Assembly (NCBI RefSeq): GCF_009914755.1
Contig: NC_060929.1
DNA length: 64,000 bases
Reading direction: 5' to 3' (one strand)
From: the human T2T-CHM13v2.0 reference genome, Homo sapiens
Shown here: one piece after another, positions 26,924 to 40,109 of the stretch
How positions within the stretch are numbered: the stretch's first letter is position 1
Layout of the letters: every line of letters begins with the position of its first letter
Notes under the pieces: model-generated
Told to the model about the DNA's origin: nothing
The model's input: only the letters and a program-made list of their open reading frames with translations
Database searches by the model: none
Translations under genes and position numbers: made by a program

Positions 26924-29409
26924 ATAAATACCATTTTCTTAAGGCTAAGAGAGCCAAATAACCTGGGCCAGGGAGAGGCCATGGAGAGATACCCACTTAG
27001 GCTTACTTGTGTTATGGAAGGGTAAATGTAAATGTGTCTGAGGATAATAGGAAGAACTCAAAGCCTACAGGCCTAACCAGGTGAGACCAAGACACAGATC
27101 TCTCCCGCATATGGGGAAACAGGAGTGACAGCCAACTTTTTATATAGATCACGGAAGCCTTCGAAGGCTTTCAAGGGTGTAGACAAAAATGATACAAGAG
27201 AAGTTGAAGAAGGTCTCAAAGTGAAATTGAAGGAAGCAGATTCAGCCTCAGCAGGTTAGAAAAAAAAATGACCATTTTTGGTGACCTGAAGTTTTTGCGA
27301 ACTAGAGGCTATAGGTCCATAACTAGTTTACAGAGGTGCTTCATATTTTTCACTGCAGAGAACATATAACATTCTTGAATGTGAGTGGAATATTTGATAC
27401 CTCCTAATTAAAAGGTACCTTGTCTTCCCAGTTCTGCCGGCTGGCCTTCTAATTTGTGTGAGTCTGAAAACTCACTGATCTCCCCTTTTCTTAACAGACA
27501 TCTGGGGAGCTGTGAGCAAAAGGCCTAAAAGTCAGGCCTTTAAAAAAAACTCTTTGAACAGCTTTATTTAAGGCATAATTTGGAAAGAGATTTTTCTGCT
27601 GCCCTGTGATAAAGTTCAGTCGAGAGTTGGTGTTAATAAACCTTCCTTAGAACCAAGGTGACTTGGAAAGTTGAGTTCTTTAGGTCTGTGGTCAAATTAA
27701 CAAAATTATGTCAATAAGCCCCAGGTGAGTAGGGTCAATTTACATATGACACACACAAATATTTGATTATACCTCAATGAATGAATAAACCTTCAGAATC
27801 TTAGCTACCATTTTCATTCTTCCATCTTGACACAAAAGGTGGGAGTTCCATTATTAGACACTTGCAGGAGTTCAACATAGTATTTAAATTTAAGTACAGT
27901 TTGTTATTAAATGAGAAGTGTTGCTAACTTAGTTGCAATTTTGTATCAGGCGGGCGGTAATAGTTTGTTGGTATGACTTCCATACATGTTGCCATGTGAA
28001 GGATGTTTGGGGTGTTTCTTAAACATACAAGAATCAACAAGTCCCACCTACAGGAGATAACAAATCATTATGATGTACTGGACCATTATTCACTGGGGCT
28101 AAGAAGTAAATTATCCCCTTTTGAATAAAAGCACAGCAAAATCAAAATGACCTAGTACATATCTGAGAGCAGCAGAAGGCCAAGGGGAGCCCTAGAGAAT
28201 CAGCTGCCCTTTGTCACCATGTTGCAGGGTAGGGGTATGGGGCAATGCAGCCTGCCCAGAGCAGATGGCTTTGAGGTTATACGGGAGACTGAGGAATGTA
28301 CTTATTCACATAAAGCCTTTTAAAATAAGCTGAGCATTCATTGCTCTTGAGCTAAAACAGAGCATTCTTCCCCAAGGTGACTGCTTGCTTGCATTTAAAT
28401 ACAAAAGAAGTTTCTCTCCAGGCTTCCTGAGGCCGATGGTGAATGTTCAAAGATCAACGAAGCTAACATGAATCTAAAATGAATTATAAGGCTGACGGAG
28501 CGCTTGAACTATTCATTCAGCAGTTGTAAAACAAGTAGCACATTAAAGGACATGTATTTTAACATATCTTATGTGGTTTGTCCCCAGTTGGACTTGCAAA
28601 ATGACATTTAATAAATATTTCTTGTAAGGGTACTTTCTAAAAGAAGAGAGTGAAAGTAATTCTGCTGTAGGCAGATTGGGCCTGAAATTTGGGTTGTCTG
28701 GATTTGCATAATCATCACCTTGAAAAGGTGTTGCTTTACCCCAATTATAGATCAGTGGAAGCTCTCTTGTGTAGCACACGGCCCTGGTGAGATCCCTTAA
28801 GATCTCTTGTGGACTATCTGTGGACATCTGGGTTGCAGTGAGGAAGGGCAAGGATAGATGGTATAGGGAGAGAGGGGCAGAATGTTGACTTGGGCAGGAC
28901 AGGAAAAGCCACTTGTGACTGGTGAGGGAGCATTTCTTTGGGTTCAGAATCATCCTCATCTCAGTGTATCTCCCCATAAGTCTGAGATTACTGAGTGCAA
29001 GGTATACATATCAGCAGCTCCTGACTCAGGATGTGTGGCAGAGGGGACCATGAAGTTAACTGTGACTTTCGGAAGGGTGCAGTCTGTTACCCTTTCGGTG
29101 GCGAGGTCAGTTTCCGGGAGGCTCTGCAACACTGATATTTTCCAGATGTTTCTCCTCTTCTCCCTTCTCTGGCTGGCTATATCTTCCTCCCTTCATCCTG
29201 CTCTTTCAGTGAAATTGAGATAACATGTTAGAATCTTAGGCAGGTTAGAATCTCTCAGCAGTAGGATGTGATTTAATATCTAGACCTCTTACATTAATAT
29301 TTATAATAGCCTTCACTGCTTGTGAATAGCATAAGCACTCTTTTCTGTTCAAAGTCAATACTGAAATAAAACCCAAGAGTATGTTTTATAAAAATTTACT
29401 TTTAATGGT

Positions 29410-29660
29410 GCAATGGTAATAATCTATGTAGTCCTTATGGTTTTCAAATCCCTTTGTGCTTATATTACCTTATTTAATACAGACATAAATCTGTGAAGTA
29501 AATAATACTATTTTTATCTTCATTTTACAAATGAGGAACTGGAGGCTCAGAGAGGTTAATTTGCATAAGGTCATACAAATGATAGATGGCAGAACTGGAT
29601 TTAAGTTCAGACTCCTTAAATCCATGTCTTTTGTACGTTCTTTTCACTAAATTTGCCATA
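29410..29660 (-). mobile_element. MIR
   Basis: cattttacaaatgaggaactggaggctcagagaggttaa core. Confidence 0.8.
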
Positions 29661-30191
29661 GTGTTTCTATTGGTTTTTGCCTATATAAAATCGGAAACGA
29701 AGAAAAAGAAACGAACTGGAAAATAAATTTGTCAAAAGAGTATATTTTTTTCTCATAATTTCCAAGCGGATCTTTCAGATATGTTATTTGAGGACTTTTT
29801 GCCTCAGACTGGCGATAAAACAAGTGTTCTACAAAATACCTCCGTAAGACAGGCCTATCAGTGGCAGCTCTTGTCCCCGCTTTGCAGAAGGGAAAACCAA
29901 GGCTCCACAGAGCTAAGGGGACTTCCTCTCAGCCAATTTGTAGGGGCCTGTGGGCCAGACCCGGGGGCAGAATTGAGATCTGTTGTGAAGGCTGTCCGGC
30001 TTCTTTATTCTATCAGCATTTCAAATCCTGAAAACCTCCCCTTTGGCATTTTGAAGGAATTCATCCCCAGTTTTTGCTGGTAGCCGGGAGGGAACCGTGC
30101 TCTCCCCCTGAGGAAGGCCCTTTGGAGTAACTGCAGCAATGAGTGCCCGGGCTGTGCTTGGAGTACCAGTGCTCGCCCGGGGCTATACTGA

Positions 30192-30228
30192 ATGAGTAAG
30201 CAGCCCCGTCTGCTTTTGCTGTGCAAAG
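30192..30228 (+). CDS. TNFAIP8: Candidate additional TNFAIP8 first coding exon (MSKQPRLLLLCK + G)
   Basis: ATG 30192, 12 codons plus 1 nt, strong donor AAG|GTAAGG at 30229. Same phase 1 as the other two exons; about 0.7 kb upstream of the canonical exon. No transcript evidence available here. Confidence 0.55.
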
Positions 30229-30539
30229 GTAAGGGTGGAGGCCGCTCCACTTTCTTCAAAAGGCCCCGCTCTGGGACTTGTGAAATTGTGCTCTCTTAAG
30301 CTGGTCCTTGCAACCCCATGGACGATATCCATGCGACTTTCCTACAAAAATAACATACCAAAGCCGCTTTAAAATCCGTAATTTTTGGGTTGCAAGACTC
30401 CAAGACAAAGTCAAATGGGCATCAAAAAATGTAATCCAAAAATACAGAGGCATTGGTTCTACCCTATATGCATTTGCTATTTATGTAAAACTACAGTGTG
30501 CTCTGAGATGAGACTTTTTTTTTCTTTTTATACCTTTTT

Positions 30540-31200
30540 TTCCGCCCGTCTGGTGCGTTTGCCGACGGTTCTTCTCGGCCCTGTGTCTCGGGAGAGTCGG
30601 CTGCCGTCTGGGCCTGTGCCCCACCTGCGTGCGCCCGGGCCGAGCCAGCCCCGCCAGGTCGCCTCCGCCCGGCTGCCGGCCCGAGCGCGCGGCTCCGGGG
30701 GCGGACTCCCGCCGCCCAGCTGACACGCGATTCGTCACTCTTGCAGAACTTTCCCCCTGAAAATCCCTGCACCAGAACCCGCTCTCCCGCCCCGGGGAGG
30801 TTTTGATTTTAGTGGCTTTCTTCCTTTTATTTTCCGTCGTGTGCGGATTTCGCTGCAGAGCGAACTTGCGGCTCGTCCGAGTACATGTGAGCGGTAATCG
30901 CCCCTGCAGCTGGTTATCCTGACATTATGCACTCCGAAGCAGAAGAATCCAAGGAAGGTAGGATTCTGGTTTCTCCTGGGGGCCGGCCAAGTTCTGCGGA
31001 GGAATTTGGAGGAAGGCAGTGGTAGAAGAGGATGGGAGTTTTAAAGTGAGCGGTGGGCACTTTGTCCGCTTGCCCTGCGCCTTCGAAGCCAAGTCGGAGC
31101 TGGATAAGCGGAGCCCGGGTCTCATCTTGGGCTCCCTTCTCCCCCCGCAGCCGTTCAGAGGGGAGGGGAGGAAAAGTCGGACCTAGTTCAGCCAGCCCAC
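30540..31200. promoter_or_regulatory. CpG island / promoter of the canonical TNFAIP8 isoform
   Basis: Only densely CpG- and GC-rich segment in the window; GC boxes (CCGCCC, GGGGCGGAC); contains the MHSEAEESKE exon; near-consensus kB motifs at about 30745-30767 (AGAACTTTCC, TGAAAATCCC). Confidence 0.9.
30927..30957 (+). CDS. TNFAIP8: TNFAIP8 canonical first coding exon (MHSEAEESKE + G of Val codon)
   Basis: ATG CAC TCC GAA GCA GAA GAA TCC AAG GAA G|GTAGGA. Matches the known N-terminus MHSEAEESKEVATDVF. Lies in the CpG island; A at -3. The downstream coding exon is outside the window. Confidence 0.95.
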
Positions 31201-33799
31201 TAAGTCTGCTTTTTAGCTTTCTCTGGAAACGAAAGAGCCCCACTTGGACTCCAAGAATGCAAAATGTGCTTGGAAAAGGGCTGCCTGCCTGCATCAGAAA
31301 GACTGAAAGCGGGATCCCTGGAAGAGCCCTGAGTGGAGGGTCCCTTGAAAAGGGGTTTGAGAAATTAGAAACGCTATATGTTTCCGGCTAAAAGGGGAAG
31401 CTGAGTGAGGGGAAGCGAAAATCTGTATTTGAGAAATAGATTAATTTTTTTTCATTGCTGGGTTTTCAGCAGTGAGTTCATTTCGTTGGGGGTTTGAGGG
31501 GGCTGAAAGATATGAGGGGGTCCTTGTGCAGCTTGAAACTGAGAAGAGTTTGTCTGTTTCTAACTTCGCAAAAGCAAAGGGTTTCATTTACTCCTAACAG
31601 AGAACAGGTGACAGGGCTGGAAAAGCTCCAACCAAAACACAATTATACGCTGGTGTTAGTTTGGGGAGTTTATTTGTGTGTGAGTGTTTGTATGCTTTGT
31701 TCCTTGAAACTTTATGTATACAAAAGTTCTCTTGTAAGTGGGGGGTGGGAGTAAGGGTGGTTGGGGAAAATTAGAGAGTAAGAGAGGAGACTATTCAAGA
31801 TTGTGAAATACTCTTTCTTTTCATGTAGTCTCTTGGAAAGCTGGTTAATTTCAAGTCAATCACAGCAGTTCTGGCAGAGGAGCAGCCCCATCATTTCTCC
31901 ATTTGGTAGACACCAGTTAGGAAGAGCCCTTGAAACTTGTCCTCTTCTGCCTTTTACTGATTCCCCTCCCAGAGGAAAGCTTTGTGTTTCACCATGTAGT
32001 CTTTGTGGGCTCACGTTTACCTTATTATGCTGTGTGAGGGAAATAGTCAATAAAAAGGAGGTTTGTTTAATAGAAATACGGGGCTGGCATGAATGAAAAA
32101 TGACAGCCAGGAGCATTGTTTTTGAGTTTGATGTGGAGTATGGGGGGAGTAATGCTTTCTTGCCGTGTCCTGTGTTCTGATGGAGCTGTGTGCTGATAGA
32201 TGCTTTTCTTTTCTATGTCTTTATACCAGCAGTTTATTCAAAGTCAAAGGTAGTTGAAGGCAAATAGGAACCAGGCTGAGAGAACTCAAGGGTGAACTTC
32301 TGTGTGAATTACAAGTAGCACTTAAGCTGGCGTTTTCTCTCAGGTGTGTTTTCCCTGTCTTTTGAGAAAGAGAGAGTGGGAGAGAAAGTGGAAAAACAGT
32401 ATCCCAAAGTGTGTATTATACATTCCCATAGCAACATCCACAGTCTTCCCTCCTCGAGGGCCCAGCTCTCTGGTTTTAAGTTTGGAAGCAGCCTGCAAAC
32501 TGGCCTATGAAGAGGTTAATGGGGCCCCTTCTGCTTGTTCCTCACCTTCCCTCCACTTGTCATCATTTACATTCTGCAGATCGGCCACAAATGATATGGC
32601 GCTCTGCTTTTTAAAGAAAGCCCAGAATGTTTCTTTTAAAATAATCTGAGGTAGTAGAATTTTAAATTGATAGCAATTAGGGTGGGATACTGAATAACTC
32701 TTGAGGGAGATTGAACACTTTATTAATCAGATAGAATCATATAGCTTCTGCCAGGAAATGAAGGATAGGTGTCTGTGTGTTTTGGGTGTGTTTTCTCCAA
32801 GGCTGGTTCATTGGCTGTAATCTAGAACCTTCTGGTTAGCTACCACCACTCAGATGTCGATGAAGCGAGCTATGTTGTGTAAATAACTCAGTTATCTTCT
32901 CTATCGTTACTAGTCCTTTTCCTCTTATACGTAGCTTTTTTTTTTTTTTTCATCCTGGTGAACTTATGTATCCCATTTAGTGTGAGATCACCATGAGTTC
33001 TTAAGAATGTCTGTATTGCAAGAAAACTGCCTTTGGATGCTTCATGCCTGATACGCTGTAAGAGGAGATACTTTTAAGTCATTTTTCTCAACTGTAGTGA
33101 GAGACTAGTATACTTTGGGGTTGAATCTAAGTCCTTGGAGGCCAGCATATTTTTGCATATGCGTGAATGTAGAAGCAAATGACTGGGGATATTGTTAAGC
33201 CATCAGAGCTTAAAACATACTTGACTCTGTGCCAGGGGTGCTGGATATTTGTCCCCAGCCTATAGCCATCTCCTAAATAATTGATTTAATTTTTCCTGCT
33301 TAACAATGAATAAGTGATTGTGCTTGGGTATTAAACAGAGAAAAATAATCCAGGCCTTGCTTTATTAAAAACTGAATGAGTTTAAATTATTCAGACATAG
33401 AATAAATAGGAAAGAAGGGGAAATGAAAGAAGAAACTCACTTTTTTAAAAAGGTGACTACCATTAAAAAGAGGATATCAACAGTTTCCAGTGGATGGGGC
33501 TTCCTGAGGAGATAGGCTGATAGCCGTGTATTTGGCATTTAGTTGTTTCCTGAGTAAATTGCTTAATTATGAAGTAGTTAAAGTGAGTGGCAGTTGAGAT
33601 CTCTGAGAATCTTTCTAGTGCTAAGCATCAAGGCATCCAGGGCTCCTTTGCTCTGGATGTTGAAGCATTGATACCAGAAATTGAGAAAGCCATTGTTAAG
33701 GGGTGGGCGAGGTGTCACTTTGTGGGGACTTGGAAAAGAGTGAGGATTGAGTGGTGAGTGAGTCTGGCTCGCTCCTCCATTGCCCATAGTAGCCATTTC

Positions 33800-34365
33800 C
33801 CACCACCACCTCACCCAGTTCTTACTCTCATGCCTCACCAGGCCTGCTATTTCACAAAGAAAACAGTAGCCATTAGATAACTCCCTCAACGTCCTGTTCC
33901 CAGACTGACAGACTCATCTCCGTCCACATCTATCCTCCCTGTGTCTGTGGAACAGGTGTCATTCCTACTGCAGAATGCCCCGCCTTCCACCTTGGGCTCC
34001 TCCTACACCAGTCAGCCCATATCCTTCCTGGCTCCTTCTTTTCTGCATATAGAAGAACTCAAGCTCCCCATTCTAGGACATTGGCACTTGCTGGTCTTCC
34101 TGCCCAAAATATCCTTCTCTCCACCTGACCTCCTTTTCTTGGTCAGCTCTTTAAAGAGGCTTTTTCTGAACCTAAACTCAGATCCCCTGTCGCCCTCTCT
34201 CAGAGCACCTGTTCCTTTCCTTGCTGGCTCTCCCCACACTGCTTAACATCTCTTCTAGACCACAAGCTCTGCAGGGAAAAACAATGTCTGTTTTATTCCC
34301 CGCTGTATGTCTAGGACCTACAGAGTAAAAGGTGCTCATTAAATGTTGTAGATTGAGTGAATGGT
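33800..34365 (+). mobile_element. L2 3' region, degenerate
   Basis: ctagaccacaagctctgcaggg ... gtgctcattaaatgttgtagattgagtgaatg terminus. Confidence 0.6.
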
Positions 34366-34456
34366 CTCCATTCTTTAAAGTTAATCCTTGGCAAAAAAAA
34401 AAAAGTTTAGTTGTTCCGTAGTGGTGATTAATATCCTCTTCTGTAATAAGAATCCC

Positions 34457-34535
34457 AATGATATTTTATAAGCTACCACACTGTGTAGTACTCTGTTTTA
34501 ACCTCACATGGTGTGGCAGCTTATATAATATCATT
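34457..34535. repeat. 79-nt inverted repeat (30-nt arms)
   Basis: Arms 34457-34486 and 34506-34535; 28 of 30 positions pair as + strand RNA, including 2 G.U. Confidence 0.88.
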
Positions 34536-37349
34536 CATCACTAAGGACTATTTTGTAAGTTTTCTCCCCTATTCCTGCCCTTCCCCAGCCTTTGCTTTGC
34601 AGAGGGAATGAAGAGAAAAGGAGGTTAAAGCAGTGGTTCAGCTCTGATGAAACCAAGGGGTATAGCTGACCTTGATGTCATACATAATGTAAAAGGTACA
34701 GCATATGCTCTTAAACACCGGACTTTGACGTGCTTATCTGTTTCCTTTTATGTAGTCATTAGGCTTGGAGTGTTGTGTGCTGACAAGGACTAAAAGTGGA
34801 AAATCCATTTAGAGATCTATCATACTCTCTCCTCTACAGTGGACATCACTTGATAACTTGGCATTGCCAGACACCTCCAGCTCTGTAAACTTAAATGCAT
34901 TTGGAGCTTTTTTCCCCTCACTTCTGAAATTTTTATCATATTGAATATGCATCCTACCTTTCTTGCCCCCACCTTACGCCATTGAACAGTCAGGATTATA
35001 TGGATGATTAAATTTCCTGCTCCTGACTGTTGGTGATCCAGGAAGTAGCCAAAAAGTGGGTGGGTGAAAGAGAATGCAGTAGAGCCAGAAAAACTCAGGA
35101 CCCAGCGATTGCATTTCAGAACACTGCAGAATTGCTGGATTTACCTATAAATCATTTATTTGTCAGCATTTCTGTCTTTATGCTAGCAACTTGTAAGTCA
35201 GTGAGATTAGTGTGGTTATAGACCTGTCTTCATTTAGAGAAGATTGTTCTTTAAAACATAGTGTAAGCTGAATTAAAACAAAACCAAATGATATGTATAT
35301 CTTTAATGTTTAAGGAAGGTCTGTAGTAAGAAGTCTTCTGTAATTTAAAGTGCCCTTCTCCCACCAAATACACATAGAATCACCATGATTTAGAGCTAAA
35401 AGCGACTTTGCCAATCCTTCTTTCTGACCTCTTCATTTTAGAGGTGAGGCACTGAGGCCCAGCAAGGTGATTGCCAAGCCCTTTCTATCCTCTTTAATAC
35501 ATGTTCTGCAAGCAAGGATTTTTGCAAACACAGGTTTTAGCATCCTGGGTATTTGTATGCACTCTCCTTGAAGTAGGACAGACCTAGTCTGTTTGTATAG
35601 TTGTCATTCACTACCTCTTGGGGGGATTTATAAAACGCAGATGAATGTTTAAACAAATGAAGATTTCCTGTTTCACCTTCTACGTGTAACTCAAGAGAAT
35701 AAAACATGAGACATTGTGAAATAAAATTTAGCTCTGCAAGTAGATCCTATTAGATCCCGGATTTTGAAAGTTGTAGACCAAGTGAGAGGCAGGTAAACAG
35801 TGAGCTCACTTGTTTTCATTCCTTTGAGAATATCATTCAGGAAAAATTAGCTATTGAGGGTGTTGGTTGGGTACAGACACTCTTCCTTGGGGAGAAGGTA
35901 TGTATGTGTGTGGGTGGGAAGGGAGTCAGCATTCTGACACAGAATGTGCTATTGCAAAAGCAGACATCCCACAGCCTCTCTTTCTCTGGAGCACATTGCA
36001 GCAGGCCCGGTGCACTCTGGGAGTCAGGACACCTTTCTCAGGAAGCATTTGCGGGGCTGCAGCGCACTGCCCCCCCAGCCGCTGACCAAGATATCTGAAA
36101 GAGCAATTGCTTAAATTTTATTCTAAAAGTTTATAAGCCTTGAAGAAGAGGTACAGGGATGTAGTATGTCCTGAGTGACTAACTGCTGAGTTGGGAATAA
36201 ATTGCCTAAGGGAGTGCTGCCCTGGGAATCTGTAAGATTGAGTAAAGCCTGTTAGTTAAGCTGGTATTTATATGGTTTTGAAGATGGGGGAGGGGAGGAG
36301 TTGTGTTTATGTGGACTTAATGATAATACATTCTCCAGCTTTGTAGTGAATAATAGTTAATTTTATAAGTAACTAGGAACAGAGTTTCTTCTAAGAAGGT
36401 GATGAAGCAAAGAGACTATAAGCAGAATTCCCTACGTGGCTCTGATAGCTTTAGGTGCCTGAAGCCTCCAGACCACATTTGTTGAAGTCAGGGTTGACTG
36501 TCAAGAAGTGAATAAGCAGCTCATGAATTTTCCTTCCAGTTTGACCTGCCATTTATGCTTGGTGCCAGCTCACCTGGCTTCAATATGTGTTTTCATGTGG
36601 CCTACGCAGCCAGGCTGAGAAGCTGGGGACCAGGGGTGTCCCCAGAGGCACAGGCTGTTCTGCCTGTCATGGACTGTCCAGTAGACTCCTGCTTCCAGGG
36701 TGCAGCCCCTCTCCCTTGCCTGCTGCTGCCTTCTTTGAGCCTCAGATACTCCTAACAACAAATGTTAACTGAGATAGCACCTCCTCTGCAGGGCCTGGAG
36801 AAGCAAAAATGTGTGTGTAGATAACCCCATCTTCAGAGAGTTTTTGGTTCAGGGCATCACACACAGCACATGTGCATCCATAGTACAAAAATACATGATG
36901 GAGAGGGATGAGTACAGCTCAGAGGATCAGACAGTGGACCCTATGAAAGTCTAGAAGAGGGGGTATTCACCAAAAGTCATGATGGACAGAAGTGACTTCA
37001 AAGAGGGGTAACTTGTATTCCAGCTAGTTCCTTTAAGCAAATGGAGAAGAGAAAAAGAAAGAGTGAGTGACAGGGAACCTACTTATGCTGTGTGCTGGGA
37101 TCAGGAAGAATGTCTACAGAAGTGTGGAGAGCAGTGATCATGGTGGGCATTCGTGGTGATGTTGTAGTGGTACATGGGGCCAGTCTAGAAGCTGGACTTT
37201 CCCAGGGGGACATTGTATGTAGGTAACAGAGATAAGACCCTGTGAGTCAGGAGACTGATCCTACTCATGACTTTGTTCCTGGTTGTCTGTGCAACCTTCA
37301 ATAGCTACTTAATCTTTCTGAAGTTCAGTTTCCCCATTGGAAAAATTAA

Positions 37350-37651
37350 GGCTAGGCACAATGGCTCACACCTGTAATTACAGCACTTTGAGAGGTTGAA
37401 GGAGGTGGGTCAGTTGACCCCAGGAGTTCAAGACCGGCCTGGGCAACAAAGTGAGACCCCCCATCTCTACAAAAAAAATTTAAAAATTAGGCACAGTGGA
37501 ATGCACCTGTAGTCCCAGCTACTTGGGAAAATCAGGAAGATCATTCGAGCCCAGGAGTTCAAGGCTGCAGTGAGCTATGGTCGTGCCATTGCATTCCAGC
37601 CTGGGTGTCAGAGCAAGATTCTGTCTCAAAAAAAAAAAAAGAAAAAAGAAA
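37350..37651 (+). mobile_element. AluJ, full length
   Basis: J-type gagcccaggagttcaaggctgcagtgagctatg; A tail; adjacent MIR fragment upstream. Confidence 0.92.
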
Positions 37652-38454
37652 TAGGATGGTTTTCAGCTGGATGGAGGAGGGCAGATGCAAAGTAGTGTTT
37701 TAGTAATGCCAAGCTGGCAAGAACCATGAGTTGGTCTGGAGGGCAAGATTGAACCTGAGTATAAGGAGCCTCGCCAAGAAAGTGTGAGAGTAGCCAGTCA
37801 CAAAGGGAGAGTTGATTCCCCATATGTAGTCTCTGAGAGCAAGACTGTAGGGAAAGGAGGGGACTGGGCCATGGATTTAGCTTCTGAGAATATCCACTTT
37901 TACAAAGGAGAGAGGTAGATGGAACCAATAAAGGAAATAGAAATGGAGTAGCTCAAGAGGTAGGAAGAAACAAGGAGAGCATGGGGCCTTGGAAGCCAGA
38001 AAGGCGAGAGCCCCGTGGAGGCTGTGGTCAGCCTGTCTGTAGAGAAGAGCTGCTGAAGATTGCTTCGTCTTCCTTTTGGGCCTCAGCTAAAACCAGGAGC
38101 CTGGGTTTGAGGAGCTCATCTTCTAAGGGATGGGAATATATCATCAGTATTCAGTTAGTATTTAGCAGGTGATCAAGGGCATGAAAGAAGGCATGTGGGG
38201 CCCAGGAGGTGACTGCCCTGCCAAGAGCAAGTGCCCCAGCCTCCTGAGAAGCTGGCCGTCTCCATTTCTGCATGCTTTCCAAGTCCTAGTTGCCAGTAGA
38301 TTCCTTTCCAGATTGTCACACCATCACCTCCAACCAGCATTTGGAAGAGCATTTGCCTACAGGCCTCTTCCTGTGGCATCACACAAAATATGCAGTGGTA
38401 CATGAGGGTAACAAGTGAATATGGGCAGGAAATTTAATTCATCTTAAAAAGAAA

Positions 38455-39585
38455 AGTAACTGGTTTCCTATACATTCACAACATTGCTGACACCGAATGT
38501 GAGAGGGTCTTTCTTACACCAACCAGTTTTCCAAATTTCAGCGGACGTTGACTAGACGTCCTATAATTTAACTCATTTCTGACACTAATTGTCCAGAGTT
38601 AGGGCAGACCCCACAGGTTAAGGGCTCAGTCCCACAAGACTGTCCTCCAACTTGAGACAGCAATTGCAAGGCCAGGCATCCCATACTTTTGACCAACTGG
38701 GTATAAATTGGGGATTTGCATGACAGCCCCTCAGGTTCAGTAATTTCCTAGAACAGCTCATGAAACTCAGGGAAACATTTACTGATTTATTCTAAAGGAT
38801 GCAACTCAGGAAGTGCCAACTGGAAGAGATGTGTAGGACAAAATACAGTAGAGGGATGCAAGCTTCCATGCCTTGTCCAGGCAGGCCACCCTCCCAGCAC
38901 CTCCAGGTGGGATGAAGTCATTGGCCATTGGTGATTAAACTCAGTCTCCAGCCCGTCTCCCCTGCCCAGAGTGGGGGAACTGAAAGTTTTAAACCTCTAA
39001 TCACCTGATTGGTTCGTCTGCTAACCATTCCCCATTCTGGTTTATGAGTCACCTCATTAACATAAACAGGTAAGTTTGAAAGAGGCTTATTATGAGTAAC
39101 AAAAGGCACCCCTCTCACAACTATCACTCAGGAAATTCCAAAATTTTAGAAACTCTGTGCCAGGAACTAGGGACCAAGACCAAATATTACAACAAAAGAT
39201 GCACCTATCACTCTGTTGTTTTAGAGATAGTCTCACTCCGTCACCCAGGCTGGAGTGCAGTGGCGGGGTCATAGCTGGGCTCAAGCAATCTTCCTACCTT
39301 ACCCTGCCAAGTAGCTGGGACTACAGGTGCATACCACCTGCCCAGCTAATTTTTAAATTGTTTTGTAGAGACAAGGTCTCACTTTGTTGCCTAGGCTGGT
39401 CATGAACTCATGAGCTCAAGCAGTCCTCCCACCTTGGCCTACCAAAGTGCTAGAATCACAGGGATGAGCCACCGCGCCCAGTTATCACTCTTATCATTTA
39501 GGAAATTCCAAGAGTTTTGAGAGCTCTAGCCAGGAGCTAGGGATGAAGACCAAATGTATATTTCTTACTATATAACAGTATCACA
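38455..39585 (-). mobile_element. MER21 (MER21C-like) LTR interrupted by AluJ
   Basis: cagaccccacaggttaagggctcagtcccacaagactg, agtcacctcatta, terminus ...cagtatcaca. Confidence 0.8.
39215..39482 (-). mobile_element. AluJ with internal deletion
   Basis: Antisense J-type Alu; TSD tatcactct at 39206-39214 and 39483-39491. Confidence 0.88.
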
Positions 39586-39641
39586 CAGCTCTTCATACTG
39601 GGGGAAAGCTTTGGCCACTCAAAATTAGATAATTTTTTTAA

Positions 39642-40109
<468 letters not shown>

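Noticed and set aside
27155-27170. Perfect 16-nt palindrome aagccttcgaaggctt
   Set aside because: About one is expected by chance in 64 kb, and the GAA/TTC spacing does not fit a heat-shock element.
30385-31391. Cluster of overlapping ORFs on both strands
   Set aside because: Expected stop-codon depletion in a GC-rich CpG island.
39121-39560. ~70-nt direct repeat flanking an Alu (aggaaattccaa...ccagga.ctaggga...aagaccaaat)
   Set aside because: Lies within a MER21 LTR, whose consensus I recall has this internal duplication; probably not locus-specific.
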